Positions 28,222-39,394 of a stretch of DNA of 64,000 nucleotides are shown here, piece by piece. The stretch lies in NCBI GenBank assembly GCA_041743755.1, contig JBGTMB010000152.1, positions 13,379 to 77,378 of the forward strand. Direction: 5' to 3'. This DNA is from Nitrospiraceae bacterium (GTDB taxonomy: Bacteria > Nitrospirota > Nitrospiria > Nitrospirales > Nitrospiraceae). The notes below the pieces were generated by a model. It did no database searches. It had not been told where the DNA came from and saw only the letters and a program-made list of their open reading frames with translations. Within the stretch, counting starts at the first letter, position 1. Each line of letters starts with the position of its first letter. Both the position numbers and the translations under genes were made by a program.

Positions 28222-30033
28222 TTAGGCAGGAACAGGCTGAGATGGGGACTGCATCAGAATCTGATCGATATCGGACCCGTCGAGTACTTCTTTCTCTAAG
28301 AGTGCTTCCGCCAAACGCTTCAAACTGGCCATGTTGTCCGTGAGCAACCGCTTCGCCCGCTCATAGTTTTCCGTCACAAGACGCCTGACTTCCTGATCGA
28401 TCTCCATGGCGATTTGATCGCTGAAGTCTCGTTGGCTCCCCATTTCCCGCCCAAGAAAAACCTGTTCGTTTTGCTTGCCAAACGTCAGAGGACCCATCTT
28501 TTCGCTCATGCCCCATTCACAAACCATCTTTCGCGCAAGATCGGTCGCCCGCTCTATGTCGTTTCCCGCCCCCGTCGTCATCTCATTCAAGACCAACTCT
28601 TCCGCCACACGGCCTCCCATAAGGATGGCAAGCTGGTTCAGCAAGTAGCCCTTCGAGTAACCGTGCCGGTCATCGGTAGGGAGCTGCATCGTGACACCCA
28701 ATGCGCGGCCTCGAGGAATAATGGTTACCTTGTGTACGGGATCCGTTCCGGGAAGCAGCTTGGCGATCAGCGTGTGCCCGGCTTCATGATAAGCCGTCGT
28801 CTTTTTCTCCTCGTCGCTCAAGAACATACTTTTTCGCTCAGCCCCCATCAGCACCTTATCTTTAGCCATCTCAAAGTCGATGACTTCTACTTCTTTTTTG
28901 TTGAGTCTCGCAGCCCAGAGTGCCGCTTCATTGACCAAGTTTTCAAGATCGGCACCTGAAAATCCCGGAGTGCCGCGCGCGATTTTTTCCAACTCCACAT
29001 TCGCTGCAATCGGAACTTTCTTTGTATGCACCTGGAGAACCTCGACACGACCCCGCATATCCGGTCGATTCACCACGACTTGCCGATCAAACCGCCCCGG
29101 TCTGAGCAAGGCAGGGTCGAGGACATCCGGCCGGTTAGTCGCAGCAACCAAGATCACACCTTCTGTCGTATCAAACCCATCCATCTCGACGAGCAATTGA
29201 TTGAGCGTCTGTTCACGCTCATCATGACCTCCACCCAACCCTGCTCCACGAAGTCGGCCAACGGCATCGATTTCGTCGATAAAAATAATGCAGGGCGCAT
29301 GTTTCTTCCCCTGCTCGAAAAGGTCACGAACACGAGACGCGCCGACGCCCACAAACATTTCAACGAAGTCCGATCCACTAATACTGAAAAATGGCACATT
29401 GGCTTCGCCGGCAATGGCCTTCGCCAATAGTGTTTTCCCTGTGCCTGGAGGGCCAACGATCAACACGCCTTTGGGAATACGTCCACCGAGCTTTTGGAAC
29501 TTGCGAGGATCTTTAAGAAACTCGATGATTTCAAGCACTTCATTCTTGGCTTCTTCAACACCAGCTACGTCGGCGAACAATACTTTTTTACGCTCCTCTG
29601 TTAGCAAACGAGCTTTGCTCTTACCGAACGACATAGCCTTGTTGCCACCCAGCTGCATTTGGCGCATCAAGAAGAACCACAACCCCAGGAACAGGACAAA
29701 CGGCCCCCAGGTCACAAGGAACGTAATGTACCAAGGACTTTCGTCTGGCGGTTTCGCCTCGATCTGCACACCCTTGTCCCGTAAAACCTGCACTAATTCA
29801 GGATATTCCACCGAATAGGTTCGAATACGAGTTTTATCTTTCAGGATGGCGCTGATGTGACTGGACTTGATGATGACACGCTCAACATCGCCCTTATCGA
29901 GTTTCGTCATGAACTCACTAAAAATCACATCTTCTTCCGGCTCGTGGTGCGGCACGCTAAATAGGTTGAACAACAAAATCATGAAGAGGCCGACGACAAC
30001 CCAGAAAAGTATATTCTTTGTCCTGGAATTCAT
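28222..30033 (-). CDS. ftsH: ATP-dependent zinc metalloprotease FtsH
   Basis: 603 aa with [18 protein letters not shown] (Walker A), IIFIDEID (Walker B) and the HEAGH zinc motif. Confidence 0.97.
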   Translation of the reverse strand: MNSRTKNILFWVVVGLFMILLFNLFSVPHHEPEEDVIFSEFMTKLDKGDVERVIIKSSHISAILKDKTRIRTYSVEYPELVQVLRDKGVQIEAKPPDESPWYITFLVTWGPFVLFLGLWFFLMRQMQLGGNKAMSFGKSKARLLTEERKKVLFADVAGVEEAKNEVLEIIEFLKDPRKFQKLGGRIPKGVLIVGPPGTGKTLLAKAIAGEANVPFFSISGSDFVEMFVGVGASRVRDLFEQGKKHAPCIIFIDEIDAVGRLRGAGLGGGHDEREQTLNQLLVEMDGFDTTEGVILVAATNRPDVLDPALLRPGRFDRQVVVNRPDMRGRVEVLQVHTKKVPIAANVELEKIARGTPGFSGADLENLVNEAALWAARLNKKEVEVIDFEMAKDKVLMGAERKSMFLSDEEKKTTAYHEAGHTLIAKLLPGTDPVHKVTIIPRGRALGVTMQLPTDDRHGYSKGYLLNQLAILMGGRVAEELVLNEMTTGAGNDIERATDLARKMVCEWGMSEKMGPLTFGKQNEQVFLGREMGSQRDFSDQIAMEIDQEVRRLVTENYERAKRLLTDNMASLKRLAEALLEKEVLDGSDIDQILMQSPSQPVPA

Positions 30034-30134
30034 CCAGATCTCCTTGTGGATGGCACGCGTATGGTCAGAACAACCATCAACGTGATTGATGTTACCACAG
30101 GTGCCTTCATACTGACAACCGTGAGATCGAAGTC

Positions 30135-30683
30135 TTACTCGTGATCTCCCTCCATATCCAGGACAGCCAGATACGGAAGGTTCCGGTACTTCTGCTGATA
30201 ATCGAGTCCATACCCCACGACATACTTATCGGGAATTTTGAACCCCACATAATCAATGGTGACATTGATCACTCGCCGTTCTGGCTTACTCAACAAGGTG
30301 CACACTTTAATCGACCGAGGTTTTTTTTTCGCCAACGTCTTGACCAAGTATTGAGCCGTAAGCCCGGAATCGACGATGTCCTCCACCAGCAACACATCTT
30401 TCCCTGTAATGTCCTCGGTCAACTCAGTCACCATTCTAACCGTTTTCACCTTGCTTGATGATTTTGTCTGAGATCCTTCACTCGTCACCATCAGAAAATC
30501 CACTCGTATGGGAATTCTAATTGCGCGAGCCAAATCGGCATAGAACGCATAGGCTCCCTTCAATACTCCCACCAAAACACAATCCATTCCAGTATAATCT
30601 GTTGTGATCTGTTTGCCCAACTCACGAATCCGAGCACGCATTTCTTCTTGTGTCACGATCGGTCGACCGAAGATCCGTTCCAT
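30135..30683 (-). CDS. hpt: Hypoxanthine phosphoribosyltransferase
   Basis: 182 aa with the PRPP-binding motif [13 protein letters not shown]. Confidence 0.93.
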   Translation of the reverse strand: MERIFGRPIVTQEEMRARIRELGKQITTDYTGMDCVLVGVLKGAYAFYADLARAIRIPIRVDFLMVTSEGSQTKSSSKVKTVRMVTELTEDITGKDVLLVEDIVDSGLTAQYLVKTLAKKKPRSIKVCTLLSKPERRVINVTIDYVGFKIPDKYVVGYGLDYQQKYRNLPYLAVLDMEGDHE

Positions 30684-30689
30684 AACTCC

Positions 30690-32174
30690 CTACTCCCTCT
30701 CTCCCGCCCGGTTGTACACCGAGACAACCAAACACCGTGTCGTCCCGCGACGAACGGCAAAACGCTCGTCCTGCCGCATCCCTACCACCCAGAGGATCCC
30801 CTCAGGCGCTACTAATAGCGGAACCTTCGCCCGTCCAGGACGAGCCACTTTCTGATCAGTAAAGAAGTCTTGCACCTTCTTGCTCTTCCCCTTCATCCCG
30901 TAAGGAACAAATCGGTCGCCAGCCTGCCATGCGCGAACGACCAAGGGCTCAGAAAACAGGTCGGCATCGAACAGTGCCACACCGTGAGAAAAAATCTTCC
31001 CTAGCTCATCGGCAGCGCCAAGAGTCATACGTTGTACATGAATTTCCTGATTCGTTCCAGCCCATGAGACCCTTGAAGGCACCGAAACCATATGTACCGC
31101 GCTCTTATTTTGGTCGACATCAACCGGATGGCTGCAATCTCTCCTTGCACCTGGGCTAAATTGCACCACCCCCTGATCCAGCGTCACGAGGACCTGCTTC
31201 AATGGCAGCCGAGCCCCGCTCTTCTCCTTGAGAAAGACGCGCCGAACTGATTCCACGACCGAAAAACTGCTCGCGCGCCCCTCTTCGTCGTAGGTCCGTA
31301 AGATGGATCGAATCAGACGCCGCTGAAGTGCAACCGGCAACTCGACGAAGGCTCGATGATCGACTCGCTGCACACCATGCGACTCACGGTTGACCAGTGC
31401 TTTCACAAGGGTACCTGTGACATCTTCCAAGAAATGTTCGTCTTCTCGTAGCAAATCCGCTTGCCGCTGCAGGACACGGACGGCAGTTGGCACCAACTGT
31501 GTGAGAACAGGGAACAGTTCCTTCCTGATTCGATTGCGATGATAGACTGGCTTTTCATTGCTCGAATCACGCCGATAGGTCAGCCCTTCATGATCCAAAT
31601 ACGCGAGCACTTCTTTACGGGAGGCTGCGAGAAGAGGTCGAATAATCCCGTCTTTACGAGCGTACGACATTCCTGCTAACCCGGTCATGCCGGCCCCTCT
31701 CAATAACCACATGAGCACCGTTTCAGCCTGGTCATTGGCAGTATGACCCACCGCAATGCGGTCGGCCCCTAGTTCGTGAGCCATGTGTTTCATGAAGTCA
31801 TATCGCGCGTCACGTGCTGCAGCTTGAAGCGACAATCCCTGCCTCCGCTTGGCCAACGAGGGGCGATGGATGACAAGATTCAACTGTCGTTCATGGCAAA
31901 AGGTGTTCACAAATGATTCATCGCCGTCGGACTCCGCTCCGCGCAGCCCGAAGTTACAATGGATGACCGTCAACGTGAGCCGCCAGGAGGGGGCCAGGCG
32001 ATGGAGGAGTGACAGCAACGCGATCGAGTCCGGCCCGCCTGACACTGCTACCAATAGGTGATGACCGGGAACGAACAGCTGATGCTGTCGCACGGTTCGA
32101 ACAAATTGAGCCAACAACGTCGGCCGTGTGGTGGGTCTAGATTGCGACCTCATGATTGTCGCTTCGGCGGCCAA
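30690..32174 (-). CDS. tilS: tRNA(Ile)-lysidine synthase
   Basis: 494 aa with the PP-loop LVAVSGGPDS. The tilS-hpt-ftsH synteny is widespread in bacteria. Confidence 0.9.
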   Translation of the reverse strand: MAAEATIMRSQSRPTTRPTLLAQFVRTVRQHQLFVPGHHLLVAVSGGPDSIALLSLLHRLAPSWRLTLTVIHCNFGLRGAESDGDESFVNTFCHERQLNLVIHRPSLAKRRQGLSLQAAARDARYDFMKHMAHELGADRIAVGHTANDQAETVLMWLLRGAGMTGLAGMSYARKDGIIRPLLAASRKEVLAYLDHEGLTYRRDSSNEKPVYHRNRIRKELFPVLTQLVPTAVRVLQRQADLLREDEHFLEDVTGTLVKALVNRESHGVQRVDHRAFVELPVALQRRLIRSILRTYDEEGRASSFSVVESVRRVFLKEKSGARLPLKQVLVTLDQGVVQFSPGARRDCSHPVDVDQNKSAVHMVSVPSRVSWAGTNQEIHVQRMTLGAADELGKIFSHGVALFDADLFSEPLVVRAWQAGDRFVPYGMKGKSKKVQDFFTDQKVARPGRAKVPLLVAPEGILWVVGMRQDERFAVRRGTTRCLVVSVYNRAGERE

Positions 32175-32176
32175 GA

Positions 32177-33121
32177 TTACCGCACTCCCTGCGAAAACCG
32201 CCGCAAGCTGCTGCGTGCCTGCTCCACATCACAAGCAATTTGTTGTGAGAGCTCATCCACAGAGGCAAAGATCTGATCGCCGCGTAACCGCATCACAAAT
32301 TGCACGGTGATCTGCTGGCCATAGAGATCGCAGGTTTGATCCAATAGATTGACTTCGATCAGCCGCTCGCCTGCGCCAAAGGTCGGCCTCGTCCCGATGT
32401 ACGCGATCGCATCATGGATCTGAGGCCCAAAGACCGTCCGCGCCGCATAGACGCCATCAGGCGGGACAACACGGTCGTCGGGGACGCGCACATTGGCCGT
32501 GGGCCAGCCCATTGCCTGTCCCTGTTGCGTCCCCCGCACCACCGTACCGCGAATTCCATAGGTGCGCCCAAGCAATGCGGTAGCCCGCTCCATTTCTCCC
32601 GCTTGAATAAGTCGGCGAATCCTGCTCGAACTCACCACGTCACCGTCACACATTATCGGGGGCATGGGATGAACTCGGAATCCATGCTGCTCGCCAAGAT
32701 GCACGAGGTCATCAATACGACCTTTCCGGCCCTTCCCAAACGCAAAGTGATTCCCCACAAATAGTTCAGACAAGGCAAGAGATCGGTGCAGGATGTCTGC
32801 CGCAAATTGACCGGGACTCATCGCTGCAAAAGTGGGAGTAAACTCCAAGAAGACCACTTCGTCTATCCCTGCGTCTTCGAAGAGCGCCAGTTTTTCTTCT
32901 AGGGTGGTGAGAAAGCGAAGATCGACATGCGGTGCGAGGATTTTGACCGGATGCGGCTCGAAGGTTAGCACGAGTGCTGTACCCTGTACCTTCCGCGCGG
33001 TCTCGACCACCGTCTGCAGTAGCGCGCGATGACCCAGGTGGTGGCCATCGAAATTACCGATCGTGGCGACTGGATAGGGACGTGGACATTGCCCATACAG
33101 CCCACGCGTCACTTTCAACAT
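32177..33121 (-). CDS. ribF: Bifunctional riboflavin kinase / FMN adenylyltransferase
   Basis: 314 aa with IGNFDGHHLGH and a C-terminal riboflavin kinase segment, GIRGTVVRGTQQGQAMGWPTAN. Confidence 0.93.
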   Translation of the reverse strand: MLKVTRGLYGQCPRPYPVATIGNFDGHHLGHRALLQTVVETARKVQGTALVLTFEPHPVKILAPHVDLRFLTTLEEKLALFEDAGIDEVVFLEFTPTFAAMSPGQFAADILHRSLALSELFVGNHFAFGKGRKGRIDDLVHLGEQHGFRVHPMPPIMCDGDVVSSSRIRRLIQAGEMERATALLGRTYGIRGTVVRGTQQGQAMGWPTANVRVPDDRVVPPDGVYAARTVFGPQIHDAIAYIGTRPTFGAGERLIEVNLLDQTCDLYGQQITVQFVMRLRGDQIFASVDELSQQIACDVEQARSSLRRFSQGVR

Positions 33122-33126
33122 CGTCG

Positions 33127-34098
33127 TCAGCGGAGGAGACGCGCAGCGTCTTTGGCAAAATAGGTCAGAATAAGATCTGCACCGGCCCGCTTAATCGAGA
33201 GCAACGATTCCATCATCGCGCGCGATTCGTCGAGCCAGCCTGCGTTGGCGGCCGCTTTGATCATGCTGTATTCTCCACTCACTTGATAGGCTGCCACCGG
33301 CAATAACATCTGCGTTCTGGCAGCGGCAATGATATCGAGATATGGCAACGCCGGTTTCACCATAATGATGTCCGCCCCTTCTTCGACATCGAGCGCGATT
33401 TCCCGAAGTGCTTCACGGCGATTGGCAGGATCCATCTGGTAGGATTGCCGATCGCCGAATTGAGGACTTGAAAACGCCGCGTCCCGAAACGGTGCATAAA
33501 AGCAGGATGCAAACTTTGCAGCATAGGCCATAATCGGCAATTCTGGAAAACCCGCCTGATCCAGATCCGCCCGGATCGCCCCCACCCGCCCGTCCATCAT
33601 ATCGGACGGAGCCACCATGTCGGCGCCGGCTTGCGCGTGGGTCCTCGCCATGGCACACAGACACTCCAGCGTTTCGTCGTTGAGAATGCGTCCATCCTTG
33701 ACGATACCGCAATGGCCATGACCGGTATATTCATCGATGCAGACATCGGTCACAACCAATAGCTCCGGCACCTGGTTCTTGACCGCTTTGACGGCCCGCT
33801 GCACGATGCCGTTCGGATCAAACCCCGAACTCCCTCGATCATCTTTCCGGTCGGGAACCCCAAAGAGGATGATGCCAGGAATCCCCAAAGCCGCAATCTC
33901 ACCAGCCTCTTTCACCAACAGATCGACTGAAAGACGGAACTGCCCCGGCATCGACGCAATCTCCTCCCGCCGGTCTCGCCCTTCGACAACGAACAACGGA
34001 TAGATCAAGTCGGACGGAGCCAGGTGCGTCTCCCGCACCATACGACGAAAGGTCTCATGCTGCCGCAGCCTCCGTAGGCGCTGTATTGGGAAAGCCAT
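33127..34098 (-). CDS. hemB: Porphobilinogen synthase (delta-aminolevulinate dehydratase)
   Basis: 323 aa with [14 protein letters not shown] and the active-site lysine context [13 protein letters not shown]. Confidence 0.95.
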   Translation of the reverse strand: MAFPIQRLRRLRQHETFRRMVRETHLAPSDLIYPLFVVEGRDRREEIASMPGQFRLSVDLLVKEAGEIAALGIPGIILFGVPDRKDDRGSSGFDPNGIVQRAVKAVKNQVPELLVVTDVCIDEYTGHGHCGIVKDGRILNDETLECLCAMARTHAQAGADMVAPSDMMDGRVGAIRADLDQAGFPELPIMAYAAKFASCFYAPFRDAAFSSPQFGDRQSYQMDPANRREALREIALDVEEGADIIMVKPALPYLDIIAAARTQMLLPVAAYQVSGEYSMIKAAANAGWLDESRAMMESLLSIKRAGADLILTYFAKDAARLLR

Positions 34099-34102
34099 CG
34101 GA

Positions 34103-34495
34103 TCACTTCCTCGGGAGATTCGTCAAGAACAACACGAGATCGCGCACAGAAATCAGACCGACTAATTTGCCATCCTGCGTCACGCCAAGATGGCGGATAT
34201 GCGTTTTGGCCATCAGATCGTTGGCATCTAAGAGCGTCTTATTCTCCTCGATCGTCATGATAGGGGCCGACATCACTTGCTCAACCGTCGTCTTGTGGAT
34301 ATCGGCTCCTGTCGCGACCACACGCCGGACCATATCGGTATCCGTGAGGATACCGATGATCTCCTTTCCATTTGTCACGAACAGGCTACCGATGCCACGA
34401 TCGCGCATGATCCGTGCTGCAGTCTGCGCATCCATATCCCGCTCTACTGTCACAAACTTCTCTCTTGGAACCATGAACGACTTGACTGCGACCAT
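34103..34495 (-). CDS. CBS-domain pair protein
   Basis: 130 aa with two CBS repeats, ...[20 protein letters not shown] and [22 protein letters not shown]. Confidence 0.8.
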   Translation of the reverse strand: MVAVKSFMVPREKFVTVERDMDAQTAARIMRDRGIGSLFVTNGKEIIGILTDTDMVRRVVATGADIHKTTVEQVMSAPIMTIEENKTLLDANDLMAKTHIRHLGVTQDGKLVGLISVRDLVLFLTNLPRK

Positions 34496-34548
34496 AACAA
34501 GACCCTCCCTTCGCTAAAGCATCCCATTGCCCTGCCGTCTACATCGAA

Positions 34549-36114
34549 CTAACTGCGCGTGGAAACAGTAACGCGTGCCCCTTTCTGAAAATACTTCACA
34601 ATCATTTCGGCCAGTGCCGGCACCGTATTCTCAGCCGGCATGACCGTGACCGTTAATCCATACTCTTCTGCCGTGCGTGCCGTAATGGGCCCGATACACG
34701 CCACCACCACCTCTTCAAGCAGAGATTTCACCGGGTTTCGTCCTCCAAAGACTTCCACAAAATTTCGGACGGTGGAGGAACTCGTGAATGTCACCACTGC
34801 CACCCGCCCATCGTGAAACTGTTGCGTCAATGAGGCAACATCCACCGCCGGGGAGATCGTGCGATAGACGGGAATCACATCGACAGTTGCCCCTAATTCA
34901 CGCAACTGTTCCGGCAAGATTTCGCGCGCAACTTCGGCACGTGGGATCAAGACACGGCTCCCACGAATCCCTAGATCAGTCAATGCGGCGATAATTCCCT
35001 CCGCCTGAAATTCGGTTGGAATGATATCCGGTGTCAGCCCATACGTTTCCAGTTCCTGCGCAGTTCTCGGTCCAATGGCGCACAGTCGAAGATTCGCCAA
35101 CGCACGCGCATCCTTCCCCGCAGCACGAAGCCGATCCATGAAGGGCCTTACCCCATTCACGCTGGTAAAAATGAGCCACTGATAGGTATTGAGACGAGTC
35201 ACCGCGCCATCAATCGCCTGCCAACTGGCTGGAGGCACGATTTGAATCGTCGGAACTTCAATCGGCTCTGCACCATAGGCCGCCAGTAATTGGGAAAATT
35301 CTCTCGCTTGCTCCCGTGCGCGAGTCAGCACGATTCGTTTCCCAAAGAGCGGCTTCGTTTCAAACCAATTGAGCTGTTCTCGCAACCGCACGACTTCACC
35401 CACGACGATGACGGTAGGCGGTTCAAGATGGGCCGCTTCTGCTTTTGCGACAATATCGCCCAATGTCCCCACAATTGTTTCTTGATCGGCTTTGGTCCCC
35501 CACCGAATCGCGGCGACCGGCTGGTTCGGCGACCGTCCTTCTGACAGGAGCCGTGTGACGATCGCGGGAAGATTCTTCATGCCCATCATGAAGACAAGGG
35601 TCCCAGATGTGCTGGCCAACTTCGGCCATTCCAACTGAGTTTCCGGCTTAGTAGGATCTTCATGGCCGGTGACAAACGTCACCGTGGATGCCAATGTACG
35701 ATGGGTCACCGGAATGCCTGCATAGGCAGGAACCGCGACTGCGGCCGTCACACCAGGCACAATCTCAAACTCGATCCCTGCGGCCGCGACGGCTTCTGCC
35801 TCTTCTCCACCGCGGCCAAAGACAAACGGGTCGCCCCCTTTGAGTCGAACGACCACATGTCCCTCTTTCGCACGTTCAATGAGCAATCGATTGATATCGG
35901 TTTGGTCTTGATACTGTCCGCGTCCCCGTCGACCCACATAAATACGTTGCGCCGACGGTGGAGCATACTGTAATAGGGCCGGATTGGCGAGAAAATCGTA
36001 CAGGACGACATCGGCCGTTTCAAGGCATTCCTTCCCTTTCAGTGTCAACAGTCCGGGATCGCCTGGTCCTGCTCCGACCAAGTAGACCTTCCCTGTTTTA
36101 TTCACTGTCGTCAT
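34549..36114 (-). CDS. cobA-hemD: Fused uroporphyrinogen-III C-methyltransferase / uroporphyrinogen-III synthase
   Basis: 521 aa. The N-terminal SUMT domain has VYLVGAGPGDPGLLTLKG. The C-terminal half is HemD-like (IVLTRAREQ..., LIFTSVNGV). Confidence 0.9.
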   Translation of the reverse strand: MTTVNKTGKVYLVGAGPGDPGLLTLKGKECLETADVVLYDFLANPALLQYAPPSAQRIYVGRRGRGQYQDQTDINRLLIERAKEGHVVVRLKGGDPFVFGRGGEEAEAVAAAGIEFEIVPGVTAAVAVPAYAGIPVTHRTLASTVTFVTGHEDPTKPETQLEWPKLASTSGTLVFMMGMKNLPAIVTRLLSEGRSPNQPVAAIRWGTKADQETIVGTLGDIVAKAEAAHLEPPTVIVVGEVVRLREQLNWFETKPLFGKRIVLTRAREQAREFSQLLAAYGAEPIEVPTIQIVPPASWQAIDGAVTRLNTYQWLIFTSVNGVRPFMDRLRAAGKDARALANLRLCAIGPRTAQELETYGLTPDIIPTEFQAEGIIAALTDLGIRGSRVLIPRAEVAREILPEQLRELGATVDVIPVYRTISPAVDVASLTQQFHDGRVAVVTFTSSSTVRNFVEVFGGRNPVKSLLEEVVVACIGPITARTAEEYGLTVTVMPAENTVPALAEMIVKYFQKGARVTVSTRS

Positions 36115-37073
36115 GTCGCTCCATAGATCGCTTGGAGTATTCTATCCCCACCACGTGAGAGCAGGCGTTCCGCGAGTTGGGTGCCGATCGACTCCGGATC
36201 CTCAATGGTGCCTTCAGCCGCATCACGAAGAAGCTCTTTCCCGTCCACGCTGGAGACCAATCCTTCCAGTCTTACTCCTGCCCCCGCTACAGTTGCATGT
36301 GCCGCGATCGGCACCTGGCAGCCTCCTTGGAGCCGATGGAGCAAGGCGCGTTCGGCAAGGACGGCCGTCTTGCTCGGCGCATGGTTCAAGCCACTCAACA
36401 GAGCACGAATGAAGACATCCTCTTGCCGGCCCTCGATGCCCAGCGCCCCCTGACCTATGGCAGGCAAACAAATCTGCGGCGAAAGATATTCTGTAATCTC
36501 ATGTGCCCAGGCCAATCGTCGAAGCCCCGCTGCAGCCAGTATGATCGCGTCGAATTGTCCCTCACGTAATTTCTTCAGACGGGTGTCCAGATTCCCGCGC
36601 AACATGGCGATTGCAAGGTCTGGTCTCGCATACAAAAACTGTGATTGGCGGCGCAGACTACTGGTGCCGATCCGAGCGCCACGAGGAAGATCCTTGAACG
36701 ACCACCCGTCACGACTGATCAACGCATCCCGTGGATCCTCGCGAGGCGGCACACAGAGAATCTCCAATCCCTCGGGCAATTCTGTGGGCACATCTTTCAT
36801 ACTATGCACGGCCAGATCAATCTCACCGCTCAAGAGCGCTTCCTCAATCTCTTTCACAAACAGTCCCTTCCCGCCAATTTGGGCTAACGGGACGTCCAAA
36901 ATCTTATCTCCCGAAGTTTGTATCCTCCGCAGGGTGACCGACACATGCGGGGCCAGTGCGTGCAATTGCGCCTGCACCCACTCGCTCTGTTGCACCGCGA
37001 GCTTGCTCCCGCGCGTTCCCAGCACGACGGTGGATCGTTCCTCACCGACTTGTGACATCGCTCCCTTCACCAA
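36111..37073 (-). CDS. hemC: Hydroxymethylbilane synthase (porphobilinogen deaminase)
   Basis: 320 aa with LGTRGSKLAVQQ, VHSMKDVP and the cofactor Cys context LQGGCQVPIA. It has an ATGA-type overlap with cobA-hemD (36111-36114). Confidence 0.93.
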   Translation of the reverse strand: MVKGAMSQVGEERSTVVLGTRGSKLAVQQSEWVQAQLHALAPHVSVTLRRIQTSGDKILDVPLAQIGGKGLFVKEIEEALLSGEIDLAVHSMKDVPTELPEGLEILCVPPREDPRDALISRDGWSFKDLPRGARIGTSSLRRQSQFLYARPDLAIAMLRGNLDTRLKKLREGQFDAIILAAAGLRRLAWAHEITEYLSPQICLPAIGQGALGIEGRQEDVFIRALLSGLNHAPSKTAVLAERALLHRLQGGCQVPIAAHATVAGAGVRLEGLVSSVDGKELLRDAAEGTIEDPESIGTQLAERLLSRGGDRILQAIYGAT

Positions 37074-37100
37074 CTCACCTCCCGATCACGAACAGTATGC

Positions 37101-38492
37101 TCAATGACGTGGCATCTCCGAGCCAGTCCTTGGAGTCACCTCTTCAGCATCCTGGATACCGTCATGTGACGGATGACAGGTCTCCGACTCAGATGAAGGG
37201 CTCCCGTTGACGTTGGGACCGGAAGAATCTCCGAGGCCGAAGAATCGCCGGGCGGCTTCGACAAAGGCGGCTCCCTCCGAGGAATTCACCTCAGCCTTCA
37301 GCGTCACCATCGTATTGTGAATCAGCTTATTGACAATGGACGACGCCATCGCCTCGACCAATTCACGTTCCGTCGAGGACAAATGTGCCAATCTCCCCAA
37401 GGTCTTGTCGATCTCAGATCTTTTAATCTCATCAATCCGAGCGCGGAGCGCCACAATGGTGGGAGTCACTTCAAGCGATTGAAGCCATTGCCGCACGACC
37501 CCAACTTCATCCATCACCATCCGCTCGGCTTTCTCAGCCTCATTGAGGCGCTCCCCGCGATTCCGTTCAACCCGCGTCTTTAAATCATCGATGTCGAACA
37601 GGAAGGCGTTATCCACATGCCGCACCGCCGGATCAATATTACGCGGGACCGAAATGTCGATCAGAAACATCGGACGGTTCATCCGTTGGTTAACCGAATG
37701 CTGCACATCGTCCTCGCTCACAAGATAATGCGCGGCACCGGTCGACACTAATACAATATCGGCAGTGGCCATATCCTCCCGAAATTCCTCAAAAGGAACC
37801 GCGGTACCACCAAACCGATTGGCCAATTCCACTGCATGTTGAGGACTTCTGGTCGTCACCCGCACATGCCGAACACCACTGGCAATGAAATGTCGTGCGG
37901 CTAACTTTGCCATTTCCCCTGCTCCCACCAACAGCACGGTCTTCTCAGTTAAGTCTGAAAAAATCTTCTTGGCCAATTCGACTGCCGCGTAGCTTACCGA
38001 CACCGCCATTTCGGAAATTTTCGTTTCCGTCCGCACACGTTTGGCGACGGAAATCGCTTTCTTCATCACTTTGTTCAGAATGATGCCGGTGGACTTGTTC
38101 GTCAGCGCAACCTCGAAGGCCTCTTTGATCTGGCCCAGAATCTGCGATTCACCGATGATCATAGAGTCGAGACTGGAGGCGACCCGAAACAAATGGCCAA
38201 GTGCCCGATCCCCCTCATGCCAGTACAGATGAGGAGTCAATTGCTCTGAGGAGAGCGAGAGGTGGGCATCCGCCAGGAAATCCTGAATTCGTCCATACCC
38301 AGACTCGATCTCATCAACCACGGCATAGACCTCAACCCTGTTGCACGTCGACAGCAACACCCCTTCTCGCACTCCTTGATACGAACACAGGCGACCCAAT
38401 GCTTCACCCATCCGGCTTTCGGGAATCGCCAGCTTCTCGCGGATTTCGACTGGGGCGGTCTTATGGCTCAAACCGACGACGACGATATGCAT
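37101..38492 (-). CDS. hemA: Glutamyl-tRNA reductase
   Basis: From the ORF 37101..38555. The preferred ATG is at 38492 (MHIVVVGLSHKTAPVEIREK...), one nt after the upstream stop. The active-site context is LSTCNRVE and the NADPH motif is LLVGAGEMA. Confidence 0.93.
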   Translation of the reverse strand: MHIVVVGLSHKTAPVEIREKLAIPESRMGEALGRLCSYQGVREGVLLSTCNRVEVYAVVDEIESGYGRIQDFLADAHLSLSSEQLTPHLYWHEGDRALGHLFRVASSLDSMIIGESQILGQIKEAFEVALTNKSTGIILNKVMKKAISVAKRVRTETKISEMAVSVSYAAVELAKKIFSDLTEKTVLLVGAGEMAKLAARHFIASGVRHVRVTTRSPQHAVELANRFGGTAVPFEEFREDMATADIVLVSTGAAHYLVSEDDVQHSVNQRMNRPMFLIDISVPRNIDPAVRHVDNAFLFDIDDLKTRVERNRGERLNEAEKAERMVMDEVGVVRQWLQSLEVTPTIVALRARIDEIKRSEIDKTLGRLAHLSSTERELVEAMASSIVNKLIHNTMVTLKAEVNSSEGAAFVEAARRFFGLGDSSGPNVNGSPSSESETCHPSHDGIQDAEEVTPRTGSEMPRH

Positions 38493-38493
38493 A

Positions 38494-39297
38494 TCACGAC
38501 ACCGGTCCGTGACTCTTGAGGACCACACCGATGAGAGTGAGAATAACACCGGCAAACCCGATAATCGTCAAATATGCCGCCCGTTTGGCTCTCCAGCCCA
38601 CGGTCAGGCGTCCGGTCAATACGACAAAATAGAACACCCATGTCGCAAGCGCCCAGACTTGCTCGGGGTTCCAGTTCACATACGAACCCCGAGAAAACTC
38701 GGCGGAGAGCGCACCGGTAATGATGCCGAGCGTGAGGAGGGGAAAACCCGTCACAATCGACCGTTGATTCAGATTGTCGAGGAAATCCAGGGCAGGTAAC
38801 TTAGAGTAGAGGACATTGAACCGTTTAGACTTGAGAAGTCCGTCTTGAATCAGATACATGACACCAGCGACAAAGGCGACGGCAAATCCCACGGTACCAA
38901 GCATGCTCAGCGTGACATGGACCCACAGCGTTCCAAACACCGGAGTCAGCGTCGGAACTGCCTCCGGTAACGCGGCAGCAGAGACTAGCGAGAGCAGGGC
39001 CAGCGGAACGATAAACGAGCCGAGCACATGCAGATGATGGCGAAACTCCACGGCAAGGAATACCAGGATCAGCATCCAGGAGAAAAACGACAGGGCTTCA
39101 TGGAATCCAGGCGACGAGATGTCTGTCACCCCGACCATCCCTGCACCCAATGCAATGGTATGTGCGGCAAACCCGGTCGCGGTCATACCCAGCGAGATAT
39201 TTGCCAGGACTTCAGACGGCCAGAGCAGATAGACCAGAAAGGAAACGGTGGCCGCAAAATACAAGGCCATCGTCACCACAAAGAACATGGCGGCCAT
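38494..39297 (-). CDS. Cytochrome c assembly (CcsA-family) membrane protein, HemX-like position upstream of hemA
   Basis: 267 aa polytopic protein with a Trp-rich segment, GSYVNWNPEQVWALATW. Its adjacency to hemA recalls the Bacillus hemA-hemX arrangement. Confidence 0.8.
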   Translation of the reverse strand: MAAMFFVVTMALYFAATVSFLVYLLWPSEVLANISLGMTATGFAAHTIALGAGMVGVTDISSPGFHEALSFFSWMLILVFLAVEFRHHLHVLGSFIVPLALLSLVSAAALPEAVPTLTPVFGTLWVHVTLSMLGTVGFAVAFVAGVMYLIQDGLLKSKRFNVLYSKLPALDFLDNLNQRSIVTGFPLLTLGIITGALSAEFSRGSYVNWNPEQVWALATWVFYFVVLTGRLTVGWRAKRAAYLTIIGFAGVILTLIGVVLKSHGPVS

Positions 39298-39394
39298 AGA
39301 GGGCTATCCTCTCAACTTTTCAGGACAAACAGACGACATTAAGCTGTGGATTATATCGATGGCGCGAGAGGGGAGTCAACCAAACGATCGTGTA

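Noticed and set aside
37141-37157. A fifth T1 terminal-repeat match (CTTCAGCATCCTGG) inside the hemA 3' region.
   Set aside because: It is only a ~12-nt partial match lying within coding sequence, with no partner inverted repeat nearby. It is probably chance similarity.
38494-38555. N-terminal extensions given by the ORF track for hemA, argC, argJ, lnt, rsmI, the GT at 1268, the GT at 6783, the GT at 16158, the TusA-like gene and the secreted protein.
   Set aside because: The extensions overlap upstream genes or repeats and precede conserved family N-termini. Internal ATG or GTG codons that give ATGA overlaps or sit behind SD sequences are more plausible. Exact starts remain unverified.
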